From NCBI RefSeq assembly GCF_000143415.4, contig NW_003314362.1, forward strand, positions 420,072 to 468,259: a stretch of DNA of 48,188 bases. The letters are read 5' to 3'. The position numbers and the translations under genes were made by a program. Below, piece after piece: positions 10,521 through 22,974 of this stretch. Origin of the DNA: Selaginella moellendorffii (lineage: Eukaryota; Plantae; Lycopodiophyta). Below the pieces are notes generated by a model. That model made no database searches and had not been told where the DNA came from. It worked only from the letters and a program-made list of their open reading frames with translations. Every line of letters starts with the position of its first letter. The first letter of the stretch is position 1.

Positions 10521-11114
10521 CAACTACATTCTCGCCTCAACCAGGCAGCCAGACATGCCCATCAAGCTGCAAGGAACGTAGAGATCACTGTGCTGCTTGG
10601 CTCTCTGCGAGGCTTGCGCTCCTTGATTCCCTCCACTCGGGCACAATGGAGCTTGTTCCTGGAAGCCATTCTAGTCTTGCTCGCTTGCCTGAGCCCAGCA
10701 GCGCCTTCCATGGTTAGCACGCTTATGGAACAATATCCTTGTGGAGCGGATCAACGCTGCCTTTGTGCCCGTGCTCGCAGTGCACAAAGGGCTCGAGTTT
10801 TAGTTCCATCTCGATAAACAATAAGTTTGTTTTCCAGGTGATTAGATTCTGGAGATAAACAATAGGCAGCGCAAAACTTTTGAGAAGAGAAAGCTGTTCT
10901 CTCTCCCAAGTCTTAGAATTTTCTCTCCCGGATCGACGACGCTGTCGAGAGAATCTGGAGCACAGCAGCGATTCTCGCAGTTTGAAACGAAAAAGTCGTG
11001 AAACTCGTCACGATATCTCAATAGCTTCTTGTTCTTGCTCAAGTTCCTCGAAAAACTCTTCGAGCGCTCTCTCGTCTCCTGCCCGAGTAGCAAGGCCGAT
11101 GGCACGGGTCCATA

Positions 11115-11365
11115 GCCACCAGGCAGCGTACGTGTTGGCCAGAAGCATGCACGACTGCGTCTTCTTGTCTGGAGCGAAATGGTTGATGTAGTTTGTCACC
11201 CGCAGTGCTCGAGCGATGTCGCTGTGCGTTTTGCAGGCACTCGGCTCGAACGGCATGTTGCAAATCATATCCTCGGCGATTTCCAAACGCCCCGCTCTTC
11301 CCAGAACGTCGAGGAAGCAACCATAGCACTCGTTTGCAAAGCTAACTCCATAGTCCCCTATTATA
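11115..11365 (-). pseudogene. PPR C-terminal (S2/E domain) fragment
   Basis: DYGVSFANECYGCFLDVLGRAGRLEIAEDMICNMPFEP-SACKTH..MLLANTY; the ..W..LL.. segment of E1 is deleted. Confidence 0.8.
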
Positions 11366-11439
11366 CAAAGAAAGCCAAACCAGTCAGTCAGCCCCACACC
11401 ATCGCCACCGCGTCCTGCTCGCTCAGATCCATTGACAAG

Positions 11440-11740
11440 CTTAGCTCCCTAGCACTGAGCTTGAGCTTGCAAACTTCCTGCTCCAGCTTGTGTATCTCGT
11501 CCCTGTGAGCCCGCAAGTCCGCCTCGGACTTCCTCTGTATCCTTTCCACTCTTTGCTTGGCCGCCGCTTCGGCTTTCTCCCTGGCTAGTTTCTCGGCCTC
11601 CAAACGCAAGAGTGCCTCGTCTTTGGCCTTCTTGTCTTGCCTGCTCCTACCCTGTGTAGTGTTCATGGAAGTTAACACATGAATGCGAGGGAAGTATATG
11701 CGTACCTCGGCTTGGTGCTGGGACTCTTGTATTTCTGATG
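11440..11740 (-). pseudogene. Coiled-coil gene fragment resembling RF298/MND1-interacting protein 1 RING E3 ligases, with a retained intron (~11652-11705)
   Basis: EIQESQHQAE|..RQDKKAKDEALLRLEAEKLAREKAEAAAKQRVERIQRKSEADLRAHRDEIHKLEQEVCKLKLS resembles the pre-RING coiled coil of that family (from recall). No RING domain follows. Confidence 0.55.
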
Positions 11741-11841
11741 TATATGGTCAATCCACCTGTCGCGCAAACAGGTTTGCAGCTCTTTTCTCTCTTTACACTG
11801 CCTTTGTGTCCTTTCACTGCTCTTTTGATCCCTTTGACAGA

Positions 11842-12303
11842 GTGCCAACTCCGACATCCAGGTGACGGCGTCCTTGAATTGGACCCCCTGGAAGAGCGGC
11901 AGACGCCTTGGGAGCCTTCCACAAGATGGAAGATTGAGATGTTTTCTCGTGGAACATTGCGACGGCGGCATTTGCCCGATGCGAGAAGCGGTGGCACTCA
12001 TGCTTCTTCATTCAACGCCTCAGATCCACGCGGTATTCGTCGCCGCTGGCCTAAGATAATGAGCTCGCATTTGCCCCACTGGTCTCCCACGAGGTTCTGC
12101 CAGCCAGCTCCTGCAAGCTTTCGCCCAGGATCTTGGGAAGCTGAAAGCTGAGGCACACAAGCAAGTACCGCAGAATCTCCATCGCCACAGTGCTGCTCAA
12201 CGTCTACGGCAAGCTCACGCCACGATCAGCAGCCGCACTTTCCATACATTTCCATGACGAGATTAGCGAGGCCGCTGGAGACGATTTCCTCCCAGAGATC
12301 TGT
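11842..12303. pseudogene. Scrambled PPR fragments, copy 2
   Basis: Duplicate of 40-500. Confidence 0.85.
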
Positions 12304-12409
12304 GCTCACCGACCGCATCCTTGACAAGGCGTCCGCTCCTCATTCCTGCAAATCGGAAGGATAACTTACACACAAGCAATCGAGATTTATTCTTTCCTTT
12401 GCGTGATCT

Positions 12410-12918
12410 TATGCGTGAAAGACTTTCCCTTCGAAACTCCTGTGCAATGGAGCAAGCACCAAAGGTGTGTTAGAGGGAAACCAAAATCAACGTTTTCTGG
12501 TGATCTTCTCATTCCAGGTATCTCGCAGAGCAGCTCTTCCAAGGGCCCGTCGTTGTATGCGACTATCAAAACGCGTTTCATAGCGATGATGGCCAGATGG
12601 CGGCATGCTAGTGCGCGAGGCGGGAAAAGGCTCCCTCCCACAAGCTCGCCGACCTGGAAGAAAAACACGACTTTCAAGAGCTCTGGCTTTGATTCTCCTG
12701 GGGAGCCAGATGCAAAGGTATGGGGATTTGAGAGTTTCGTAAGACCTCCGGGCCACTGAAATGGTGTGCTTGATTCTTGCAGGCTCGTATGTAGAAGAAC
12801 TACATACGAGTGGTACTGGATTGGCGACGATGGGATCGTGAAGCACTCTGGATTCGGGCTGGGATTTGAGAGGATGAGTAGAGAACATCGGGGATGTGAT
12901 ATTTCCTGGAAAGGCCAA
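12410..12918 (+). pseudogene. Asparaginyl-tRNA synthetase fragment, copy 2
   Basis: Duplicate of 607-1115 with one SNP seen (~12552). Confidence 0.8.
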
Positions 12919-13013
12919 TCAATGGATCACAACGTTGACAAGAGTATATGCTGATAAGTCACCGTCACGAAAGCTGTCACAGGAATATTCTTTAGGAGAT
13001 TTTCCTCATGGTA

Positions 13014-13811
13014 TTAATCGAAAAAGTTTATCGCCTCCACAAGGCTCTGAACACTCATGGCCTTTACTTTGGCCAAGGCGTTGGCGTCAGCAGCCAAGGA
13101 ATTACTGTTGAGTTTAGCGGTGAAGCTGGTGATGGTTATGGTGGCTTCCCAGGTGGTGATCTTCCCCGCCTTCTTTGTCATGGTGGCGTCCGCCCAATAC
13201 ATATTTAACTCCGGGTTTGTGGCTGGCGACCTGAAGGAGAAGAGCGTGTACAGCGCCCGAACACTAGTGTTGTCCTCGACGTGCGCAAACGTAGGGACGT
13301 GCAGCAGCGCCTTTTGCAAAGTCTTGGTAATCTGGTTAGCGGTCTCAGTGTCGTGGGTGCGCTGCAGGTAGTCGCTGACGTCTTTCCAGATCGTGTCGCA
13401 GCTGCCAGACATGTCCTCGCTGGCCGCTGCCGTGAGGTAAACATACTGCGGGAATGTGGTGACAAGCACTGTCAGAAACTGCTGGAAATGCTTGGCCTGT
13501 TGGCTGGCCTCGGCGGGATCGGTGATGAGCTTTGGAGAGTAGTGGGCGAGTTGCATTCCAACAGCCGTAAAAGTTGCCAAGGCGTGGACATGGAACCTTG
13601 GTAGCTTGTAAACCTCGGCATTTGCTCCAGGAAGAGGCGGGGCGTTCACAGCAATAGCTACAGGAATGTAGACATCTACATCAGTGGCCACATGAGCGTC
13701 AACATGCAGGAATCGTGCTCGAGAGACCGCCTTGGAGTTGGAGCTCACGTTCCTGAACACCTCTAAAGCGTGATTGAACTCATTGTTATTCATCAGCAAT
13801 GGCAGCGCCAT
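13014..13811 (-). CDS. Uncharacterised 265-aa protein (paralog A, copy 2)
   Basis: Identical to copy 1 except K>R (LPKFH>LPRFH). Confidence 0.85.
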   Translation of the reverse strand: MALPLLMNNNEFNHALEVFRNVSSNSKAVSRARFLHVDAHVATDVDVYIPVAIAVNAPPLPGANAEVYKLPRFHVHALATFTAVGMQLAHYSPKLITDPAEASQQAKHFQQFLTVLVTTFPQYVYLTAAASEDMSGSCDTIWKDVSDYLQRTHDTETANQITKTLQKALLHVPTFAHVEDNTSVRALYTLFSFRSPATNPELNMYWADATMTKKAGKITTWEATITITSFTAKLNSNSLAADANALAKVKAMSVQSLVEAINFFD

Positions 13812-13912
13812 GAATATAAAAGCGGGATAAAGAGCAGAGTGATCTAGAGACAACGAGAAAGGAGCGGATGTTCAGATGGGTAGTCATTCCAGCTTTATAT
13901 ACCACCAAGAGC

Positions 13913-15386
13913 TTGAGCATGCAAAAAACGATGTCAATTGCAATGAATGATCAAGGACATGGGGCCATCTTGAAGTTCCAAGGAATGACAGTGAAATATC
14001 ACTTTCTTAATAGAATGCTATACTTTTTGAGATTGCAAGATCATAGCTAGAACTATACATCAGCCTACGTACCCTTGCAAAAAAAACATATCATAAATCA
14101 TCAAGGACATGGCCCCAATATGGAATGACTGTGAAATATCACTTTTTTGACAGTTCTGCTATAGCAATGTTGAGATTGCAAGATCATAGCTGGTCCAGCA
14201 TGACATTTTTTTGTTTTGCAAGGGTACGTATGTCGTCAAGAGCTGGAATGACCCATTGCAATTGACAAGTAAGTATATACCCTTGCAAAAAAAAAATGTC
14301 ATGAATGATAAGGGACATGGTTTATATATAGGGCTTTAATTTCGACAACCTACTTGACAAAAGAGCCTTTAGTGGCTATTTTATCTCTATTTATCCCCCA
14401 AGGTTTTAATGATCCATGATGACAGTATATTTAAATATTATCTTATGATCACATGCGCTACATTAAAGATTGACAATGTAATATACAGCATGCTATACTT
14501 GTTGAGATTGCAAGGTCATAGCTACCAACCTATATACCCTTGCAAAAAACATTGTTATAAATTATCAAGGACATGTGGGCCCCAATCTTGAAACGAACAA
14601 GCGAGCAAACCTTATGCCAACCTCCCAACCCTTAAGGCGTTACAGCCTTATATCCCACAAGCCATAGAATATTTTAAAAATAATCCTATGGTTTCATGTC
14701 AAATCTTGCTTGGCATAACCAATACACCCTTAGCCCTCACAGAAATCATTAATTATGGCATTAGACCAGACAAGGGCTAGAAATGTACACCATCCAGCAT
14801 GACATTTTTTTTTTTGCAAAGGCTTTTTGCAAGGGTATGCACGTCCTCAAGAACTGGATGCAATTGACAAGTATGTACATACCCTAGCAAAATAAAAATA
14901 AAAATAAAAAATTGTGAATGGTCAAGGACATGGGTGGTCCCCAATTTTGACAACCTCAAGAGGTCAAATTCAGCTTCATTGTTGAGATTGCAAGATCATA
15001 GCTACCAACCTACATACCCTTGCAAAAAACATTGTCATAAATTATTAAGGACATGGGCGTAGAGCTGCTACAAGTGGGCCCCAATCTCACTTATAGGAAA
15101 TGATGGTGAAACATCACTTTCTTATCACTTTAGGGTGTCCTGACAAATATTAATGGTTGCCTCTGGCATAATTAATTATTTCTAAATCATTAATTATGGC
15201 ATCTAGGTCCAGACAAGGGCTAGAACTGTACACCAACCTATGTGGTCCATCTTTTTATTTTTTGCAAGGGTACGTACGTCGTCAATAGCTGGAATGACCG
15301 CTCTGCCCTTGACGAGTACATGCAAAACAAATGTGTCATGAATGATCAAGGACATGAGCTTAAAGAATGACGGTGCATGCTATAAG
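13913..15386. repeat. Intergenic hairpin/modular repeat array, copy 2
   Basis: Duplicate of 2110-3570 with 13 extra bp near 15230. Confidence 0.85.
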
Positions 15387-15750
15387 CATGCCTAGAGTAT
15401 ACCAATGCAATTTTGTTTTCAGTCTCTGCAAATGGACTCACTTTTATTATGCAGCACAGATCTGGCTGTTGATAATGTCACATGTTCAAAGTTGACATAC
15501 TACCAAATTCTGAGCTCCAGCTATAAAGATCCCAGTGATCCATCACGGTTAACACCAAGGCCTGTTATTTGATCTCCTTTCACGTCCAGCAATTGTGTGT
15601 TCAGTCTTTCTTTCCCCTCTCAAACCTTATTCTCACAAGTGTGCTTCTGCAGGTAGATCTTGAACAATTCCCTCTTTGCAGGAGAGCAACTCTTCTATTG
15701 ACTTTCTTCTCTTTCTCAGTCAAGCTCGAGCAGGCCACAAGAGCAGAACA

Positions 15751-16590
15751 ATGGGAAGCCTACCACAGCTTCTCAGTGAGGACGAGGCTCGACACAACCT
15801 ACAGGTTTTCACTAAGTCTGCCATGATTTCAAAAGCTCGCAGCTACATCCGCTCATCTCAACCCCTGTCAGTAGTGATAGAAGTACCGACAAATAATGAC
15901 ATTGTTGCACCTGGGGCCGAAGTTGTGAATGGTCCTGATGACACTGCGTCGTCACAGCTGGAGTTCTACAGAAACCCCAAGTACCACACTGACGTCCTTG
16001 CCACCTTTATTGCCACAGCGATGTCTATTGCTAAATATGTTCCACTACTGACGGAGCTTACAGACCAGGCCAACAAACAATCGGAGGATTTTGCCAAATT
16101 CCTCCAGATCCTGGTGTCCACTTTCCCGCAGTATGTTAAGTTTGCAGGAGCAAGCAGCATCGCCATCGAGAACAAGTCAAGTTATAATCAGTTACTGTCA
16201 ACGGTGCATGACTTCATACAGGAGACTGCTATTGACCCGTCTAAAGCTGGTGCGGGCGTGATCCAAATGATCAAGAATGCAACCCATGCCATGGATTCTA
16301 CAGTAGAAGGCAGCTACAGGCGTTCACTCTATACTTCATATTCTTTCCAGGGCCGTGCTCGCAATCCCCAAACGACAATGTACTGGAGTAGTGTCAACTT
16401 GGAGAGGAACCGCAGCGGCAAGACTACGTGTGTGTCTGCTGAGCTGAAGATCGTCCGCTTTACCGTTGAGGTCATCAGTAATTCCGTGATTGCTGATGCT
16501 CATATCCTGGCAGAGGCAAAGGGCCGGGCAGCCCAGGAGATTGCGGATATCATAAATGGACATATAAATCCGTCCAAGGACAATCATTAG
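15751..16590 (+). CDS. Uncharacterised 279-aa protein (paralog B, copy 2)
   Basis: Protein identical to 3935-4774 in the ORF track. Confidence 0.87.
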   Translation: MGSLPQLLSEDEARHNLQVFTKSAMISKARSYIRSSQPLSVVIEVPTNNDIVAPGAEVVNGPDDTASSQLEFYRNPKYHTDVLATFIATAMSIAKYVPLLTELTDQANKQSEDFAKFLQILVSTFPQYVKFAGASSIAIENKSSYNQLLSTVHDFIQETAIDPSKAGAGVIQMIKNATHAMDSTVEGSYRRSLYTSYSFQGRARNPQTTMYWSSVNLERNRSGKTTCVSAELKIVRFTVEVISNSVIADAHILAEAKGRAAQEIADIINGHINPSKDNH

Positions 16591-17271
16591 AGAGCTCTGT
16601 TGGGGCCGTAAGCCAAATGATAATGAATGGAAATTTGCTCTAAGTATATAGGTATATGGGAAGTATGTAAAAGGAAAATTGGTAATAAAAAAGTCCATAA
16701 ATATTATTAGATGCAGTGATTAAAAAATTAATTAAGAGATCCATAAATATTTAAGTTACAAAGGTGTGAGTGGGTGACCACTCCAAGGTGGATTATAGTT
16801 TCAACACAAGCTTTATCATAGTGGATACTCTACAAGGTTGTTGCACAGTTTGTTGAAGCAGGACAATATTGCTTCCCTCTGCTCTTCTTGGCATAAAAAC
16901 TTTTTGGACCAATATTCAGTTTATTTAGCATTTTACCAGGAAACTTTACATGTAATTTTCTCTCCCTTATTAAATTTGCCATCGTGAAATAATAGGTAAA
17001 GCATTAAATTAGTGGCTACCAGATTATTTGGGTATGATATGTTGTTTCTCAAACTCATCCATAGTAAACACATGTGGTTTTTTATTTGCAACGCAAGACT
17101 CTTCAAGTTAATTCCACCACTGAAGACTCGTATCTCGCAAAACCATTGGAATAACCATTAAAGCCTTTGCATCTAGAGCTCTTTAGGCAGCCAAAAACTT
17201 CTTCACATCAGCTAGTCAAGCTAAACATTTATCCACACCACCATCACTGAAAAAGTTACAATCATAAGTCA

Positions 17272-18637
17272 ATCCACTAAGGAAGGCTTCCTTAAAGCAC
17301 CACCACCACTAGCCTTGAGTACCTCAACACACTCTACCATTGTAACCATCATGCCATGCATCTCCTTTCGCAACTCATGCACAACATCATGGATAGTCCA
17401 AACCCCCATAGCTTTGTCAGCTCCACCACTGACACCACTTTTGTCATTAGAACTCCAACATTCCTCTTGGTTGGCCATTGCAACCAACTCCTCTAATACC
17501 ATTGCACTAAATAGCAAAAATAAAGAGGCCTAGCCCTAGTCAAAGATACACTTCCTCTTTAGATTATTCACCACCCAACCACCTTCAAGCTATCTCAAAA
17601 GCTTGACCGCACTGCCACCGCCATTGTGAGCTTTTAAGGTAAGATAAATCCCCTATAGCCTTGAGCTTACCTTTGACTCACGTTGACCATGTGGTCAAAA
17701 TTGGTACATAACAACCTTCCTTTCAGATTCCGAGGTGGAGAGTGAGGTGCATATGCCATGACCCTTAGGCAATAGTGTTTCTTCCCAAGGTCCCAAAGTG
17801 TGCAACACACCTAAAGACTTGGGATGTTAAAGTGGTCTATGAACAAGTTTTGTGGAACCTTGGGAAGTTAGGATCCTAGAGGCTTGGAATGCTTGGTTTG
17901 CTTGTGCATGAGAGGCTTCAATACCAAATTGTAAACCATAAATTTTTTCAAGCAAATTATTGACTCATTTCTATCCTTAATTCTAGCAAAGAATAAAAGC
18001 AGATCACTTAGTGATAGCTATGCCAGAGCAAAACCCTTCCCAGGAACTTAGGACTTAAAGTTCAACTACATTTCCCATCAATCCACCACCTTCACTTTAG
18101 CTATAGATAAGATCCCTTTGCCAAGGTCCACTTCTAGGTACCACTGTCTACTGGATCCTTACTCGCTTAGCTAGTTATTACATACATACAAGAGTGTTAG
18201 CCATTTCTCAGTAATTTCCTCAATTGCTCTCCCAAACCCATACTATAGTGGAGGACAAGCCTCTTATGGAACAAGAACCGATGGAGGAACCTATGGATGA
18301 GGTTTTGGTGCTGGAGGAGGATCCTAGTGAGGAGACCTCTAGGCAAGAATTGAGTGGTGAGGCTCCTTCCTCCATTGGTATCAAAGGGAGGTTGGTTGTG
18401 ATGGCTGACCAATAGAAATGCTAGAATCCTAATGACGAAGGTGGTCACAATAGTGGAACTAATGAAGCTACAGAGGTTTGGATTACCCATGATGTTTTGT
18501 ATAAGCTGCAAGCCCTCAACAAAAATTAGCAAGAGATGCAAGAGAAGATGCATGGCATAATGACTATGATGGGAGAGTGTGTTGAGATACTCAAGGTTGG
18601 TGGTGGTGGTGCTTCAAGGAAGTCTTCTTTGGTGGAT
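17272..18637. repeat. Degenerate inverted repeat, copy 2
   Basis: Duplicate of 5456-6821. Confidence 0.7.
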
Positions 18638-21600
18638 GTAGCACATGTGGTTTTCACCCTTTATCCTATACTATAGGATAATTATGAAGTGGACCCTAAA
18701 CCCTTTATATGCTACATATCATATACCACATGTCTAAGGATAGTGGAGTAGAATTTGAGTTTCAAGTGGGCCACTAAATGAAAGAATGGAGCCAAACTTC
18801 CAAAGTTACAACCAAGGAACGAAAAAACTGAAACACGGTGCAACTCTTGAGTGTTCAACCTAAAAAGTAAAGGGACAAGAGTACGGAGCAATATAAGAAC
18901 AGTCCTAAAGCATCTAATATTCCAATGCTAGGACCAACATACAAAACGAAGCTAAACAGAGTCTAGCGCTATTTTAGTATACTGATGGCCTAACACGAGG
19001 ATATGGGTACCATGGTATGAAACTTGGGCTTAGACCCAAGCCAAATGCAAAACAAAGACATGCATGCAAATAGGAGTTAAAATATACTTCACGTTGGTCA
19101 GCCACACTTAATCTACCCACTATCCTTATTATACATTTGGAACCCCCCCGTTGAGGAATGCACACTTTGGGCTTTCACCCCTAGTCTCTTTTAATACCAA
19201 GAGTTAGTCTTTGGAATAAGTTTGAAATATACTAAATATGGAATGGTGCTAAATTACAAATTTGGATATAGAACTAACACCATTGTGTTTAGGACAATCT
19301 TTACATTTTATAAATATGCCAAATTAACAAATCTAGACACTTTCCATAAATAGCAAATGGGACCGAAATGAAACTAACATAAGAGGCATAATAACGAGGG
19401 TGTTTAGTAAACATAGTAAATTATTATTTAACAAATATTGAGGGACCAAACTCAATATAGGGTGTTATTTTTTTATTAAACAAGTATATAACTCGATGAT
19501 GTGAGTTTAATATTTAGGTCTTGTGAAGGCAAGTTAAAGTTGCTCTACGACTAATAATTTTGTGTAAACTTCATTAAGGACTATTAACACTTCCTTTACT
19601 CGATGATAATTTAGTAATGATGGGCTTATTTTACCAAATAGTGTTGCAAAGGATTGTGTTATGGGTTTATATGGTTTTTCCATGTTAGCGTATCAACTCT
19701 ATCTCTGTCAATATCATTTGGTTGCATTTATTTTGTGATGTTGGATTACATTAAGTTTTAAATGTGGTGAATCCTTCCTTGATATCTGTTATTTGTAGGT
19801 AAGTATTGTTGAAAAATTAGTCTCAAATACTGAGTAAGGTATCTTTGACTTTGGTTAGCTTGGTTGCTAAAGGATTTAAAGTAGTGATTCATTCTTGCTT
19901 TCTTTTAGTTTTATTCTGATATTGATAGCATTGAAGTGATGCTTTATCATTGACATTGTTGATGTTGAGATTCACAAGATTGATATTGAGTTTCGCTAGT
20001 TTTAATGTAAATAGTATTAATGATTTAGTTATAGCTTTGTGTTATTGGCATTCATATATTTGCGAGCTAGTAACTATATTATCATTCAAACAAACTGAGT
20101 AGCAAGTTGAGTTAATTGTATTCTAGATAACATTGTTTAGTAGGGGTTGAGATTTGGCTTTTCCTTGAAAAGTGATTTATGGACTATACTAGTTTTACGA
20201 GAGGAAAAGTTAGTGATCGATATTAAAGTTGGTTTTTTGTTAGATTTGAGTTGAGAATAAATCGATCATCGATAATTCTTTTTGTGTTTGTTATAAAGTG
20301 AGCTACATTTTATAGAATATAGATTCATGGAAGATTGGTTTGGTAATGACTTATTTAGCATAACTTTATTATGCTTATATTTTAGATTGATGCAAACATG
20401 CTTTTCATTAGCTTTGGCATCATAAATTTAGCTTTTTGACGTGTTGAGGAAGATATTGTGGGTTGTACCGTGATTTTTTCTTTAACATTGACATTAGTTC
20501 ATGCAAGATTTGTGACCATGATTAAGTGAGACTTGGCTATAGATTTCTTCGAACTTTTAATTCTTTAAGTTTTATGTTCATTATTCCATTTGTTAAAAGT
20601 TTTTGGGGAAGGCATTTTGGCTTATTATCTTCAATATTAAAGCTAGTATTTTGCATCTAGCAATCATTAGTGATGATTGACTATCATTCAAGCTAATTAA
20701 TTATCCTTGACAAAGTTTTGCTTAATTGTTGTTAATATAGAATGATTTGTCCTTTTTCGGGATAGTGGATTGACCAGGACTTGTGACCATGATGTTGTTA
20801 CTTGTTTGTGATCTGCTAGAGGTTTACATCCAAATAAGGAAATGATCGTATTATTGTTCTTTCAAGTTTTTCAGACAGCTGATACATTTTCTTTCCTTGA
20901 CTTCCTCATCTATACTGACGTTGATATTGTTGTTGTTATTACTTTTGTTCTTGCCTATTTGATTATACATCTTTGGAGAGTTCCTCAAAGACCTGAACAT
21001 GGTCAGCATCAATCTCCCGAAAATCCTCAAAGACAGCCTAATCTCCAATGGTAGGATACAGATCAAATCCTGAATTCTGTTGACAGCATTAGCATCCAAA
21101 GACAACATTAGCATCAACTACCCCTTCTGCCTGAGGTAGACACAACACATTCTGAAAAGTGGCAAACACAAAAAGTAGAAACACCAAAGCAGCCTGGCTT
21201 AAATGCATTAGTGTTTAAATGCAGTAATTCATACATTAATATATCAAGAGAGTGATTACGATTGATGATCTTGCTGTGGTCTATGTATGGCCCCGCTACA
21301 GATTTGCAAGACCCTAGCCAAAGCAAAAGCAAAGGAATTACATGGCAATATAGTGCTAAGACCACTTCATCTATCGATGCTGTTGAGCTTGGTGTGCTGG
21401 AACACCTCAAATTCCTTCCAGGAGTCAATTAAGTCACACAACGTTTGTATCTTCCCCTGAATTTCATCGTCCATCCTGTGATACCAATCACCCTAAACCA
21501 ACACCAGAAACATCAAGATGTTGCCACCTTTGAAATGTATCCTCCTGCCTAGAGTTGGTCCCAAGAGCATCGATGACATGGAAAACACTCATTTAGCTTT

Positions 21601-22974
21601 TGCAAGATTGTCTTGATTGCAAAGTGTATTGGCAAAGAGACAAGAATTAAACAAATTTAAAAAGTATATATTTTGCACTTTCAAATTTAGAGGAGAGAGT
21701 TATAATATAGGGGAATGTAAAGTTATGTCACTTTAAAAAAAACATAATTTAATATGTACAAATTAAATTAAAAATATATTCTTTAGAGATTGAAAACCTA
21801 ACTATTACTACTCAAAAGTTACTAAGAATAATGAGTAAGTCTTAGCTATATTATATCATTTATGTAATAATATTTTTAAATTATATATATAAAACCTTTA
21901 TGCATTTACATTCAAGGAAAACTTAAATGAATACCATCATAAACTACAAATTGTATTATTTTAATAAATAATATATAAAATTATTTAAGTTTTTTTATTA
22001 ACTTGGATAAAAAAGTATATAGGGTTTTTAGAACACATATATTTTATTTACTCTTCTGGAAAGTAGTGGTTGTAACAAGGTTGAAAATAATTATACATTA
22101 AGATAAAATATATGTGAATAAGCAAACTTGGCATATATATATAAAACATTTAAAAATTAAAAATATTAGTAAAATTGAAGAAACTTTTCTCTTCAACTTC
22201 CAAAAAACATTTTTAAGTAAAACAATGTTTAAAAAATAATTATCCTACTAAAAAATTATAAATATATTTTTTGATACATAAACACACACATAAAGATGTA
22301 TATACAATAAAGATTTATAGGTTTTTTTTGTCTGTACTCCTGGTAGCCTAAGTGTCTTAGTTGCCTTTTTTATGTGTCTACTAAATTGCTAATTTCAAGT
22401 ACTGGTTTAGCAATACAGAAAGAAATGAAAATTTTGTATTTGCTAATTGCCAAACAAGTGCAATAAAGTCTTTTAAAAAGTATTTACTTATTCATTTTAT
22501 TTAAATAAAATAAATTTAAATTAAACTCCACTTAACATATTAGAACCCTAAACTTTTAGAGGGTAGAGGTCTTTTTGACTTTGACTTAACATTCTTAGCA
22601 AAGAACAAAAGGGAAAGTGGATTGACATGTCCTTGTATTTGATTTGGAGAAGATGCAATTACCCTTGTATTTAATTTGGAGGAAATGCAATTGGCTTTAG
22701 AAAATTGTTTTACAGCAGAATATTGCAACAGTAAAAGTTGCAGCACAAGAGTAATGCTTTCATTAATCATTGGTTTGGAGAGAATGAGCAAGGTGATTAC
22801 ACTGTTTCAACGTGGAAGACAGCATTTCTTTTCATTGCTAGAAACTTAGAAGAATGACTGGAACGCAGGAATCAGACTCTGAGACTGACAAAGACGACAG
22901 AGGTTCGAAGTGGAAGAAGAGAAAACATGATCATGCTGTGTGTTAAACAGAGATCAACTGAGGAGCTTGGGTGG

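Larger units (their letters stand above)
11824..21644 (+). repeat. Segmental direct duplication, copy 2
   Basis: Near-identical to 22-9821. Differences are scattered SNPs and indels of 1 bp (~12075), 13 bp (~15230) and 7 bp (~21347). Confidence 0.97.

Noticed and set aside
21645-22540. Extremely AT-rich tract after the duplication end
   Set aside because: No periodicity, termini or coding signal could be supported.
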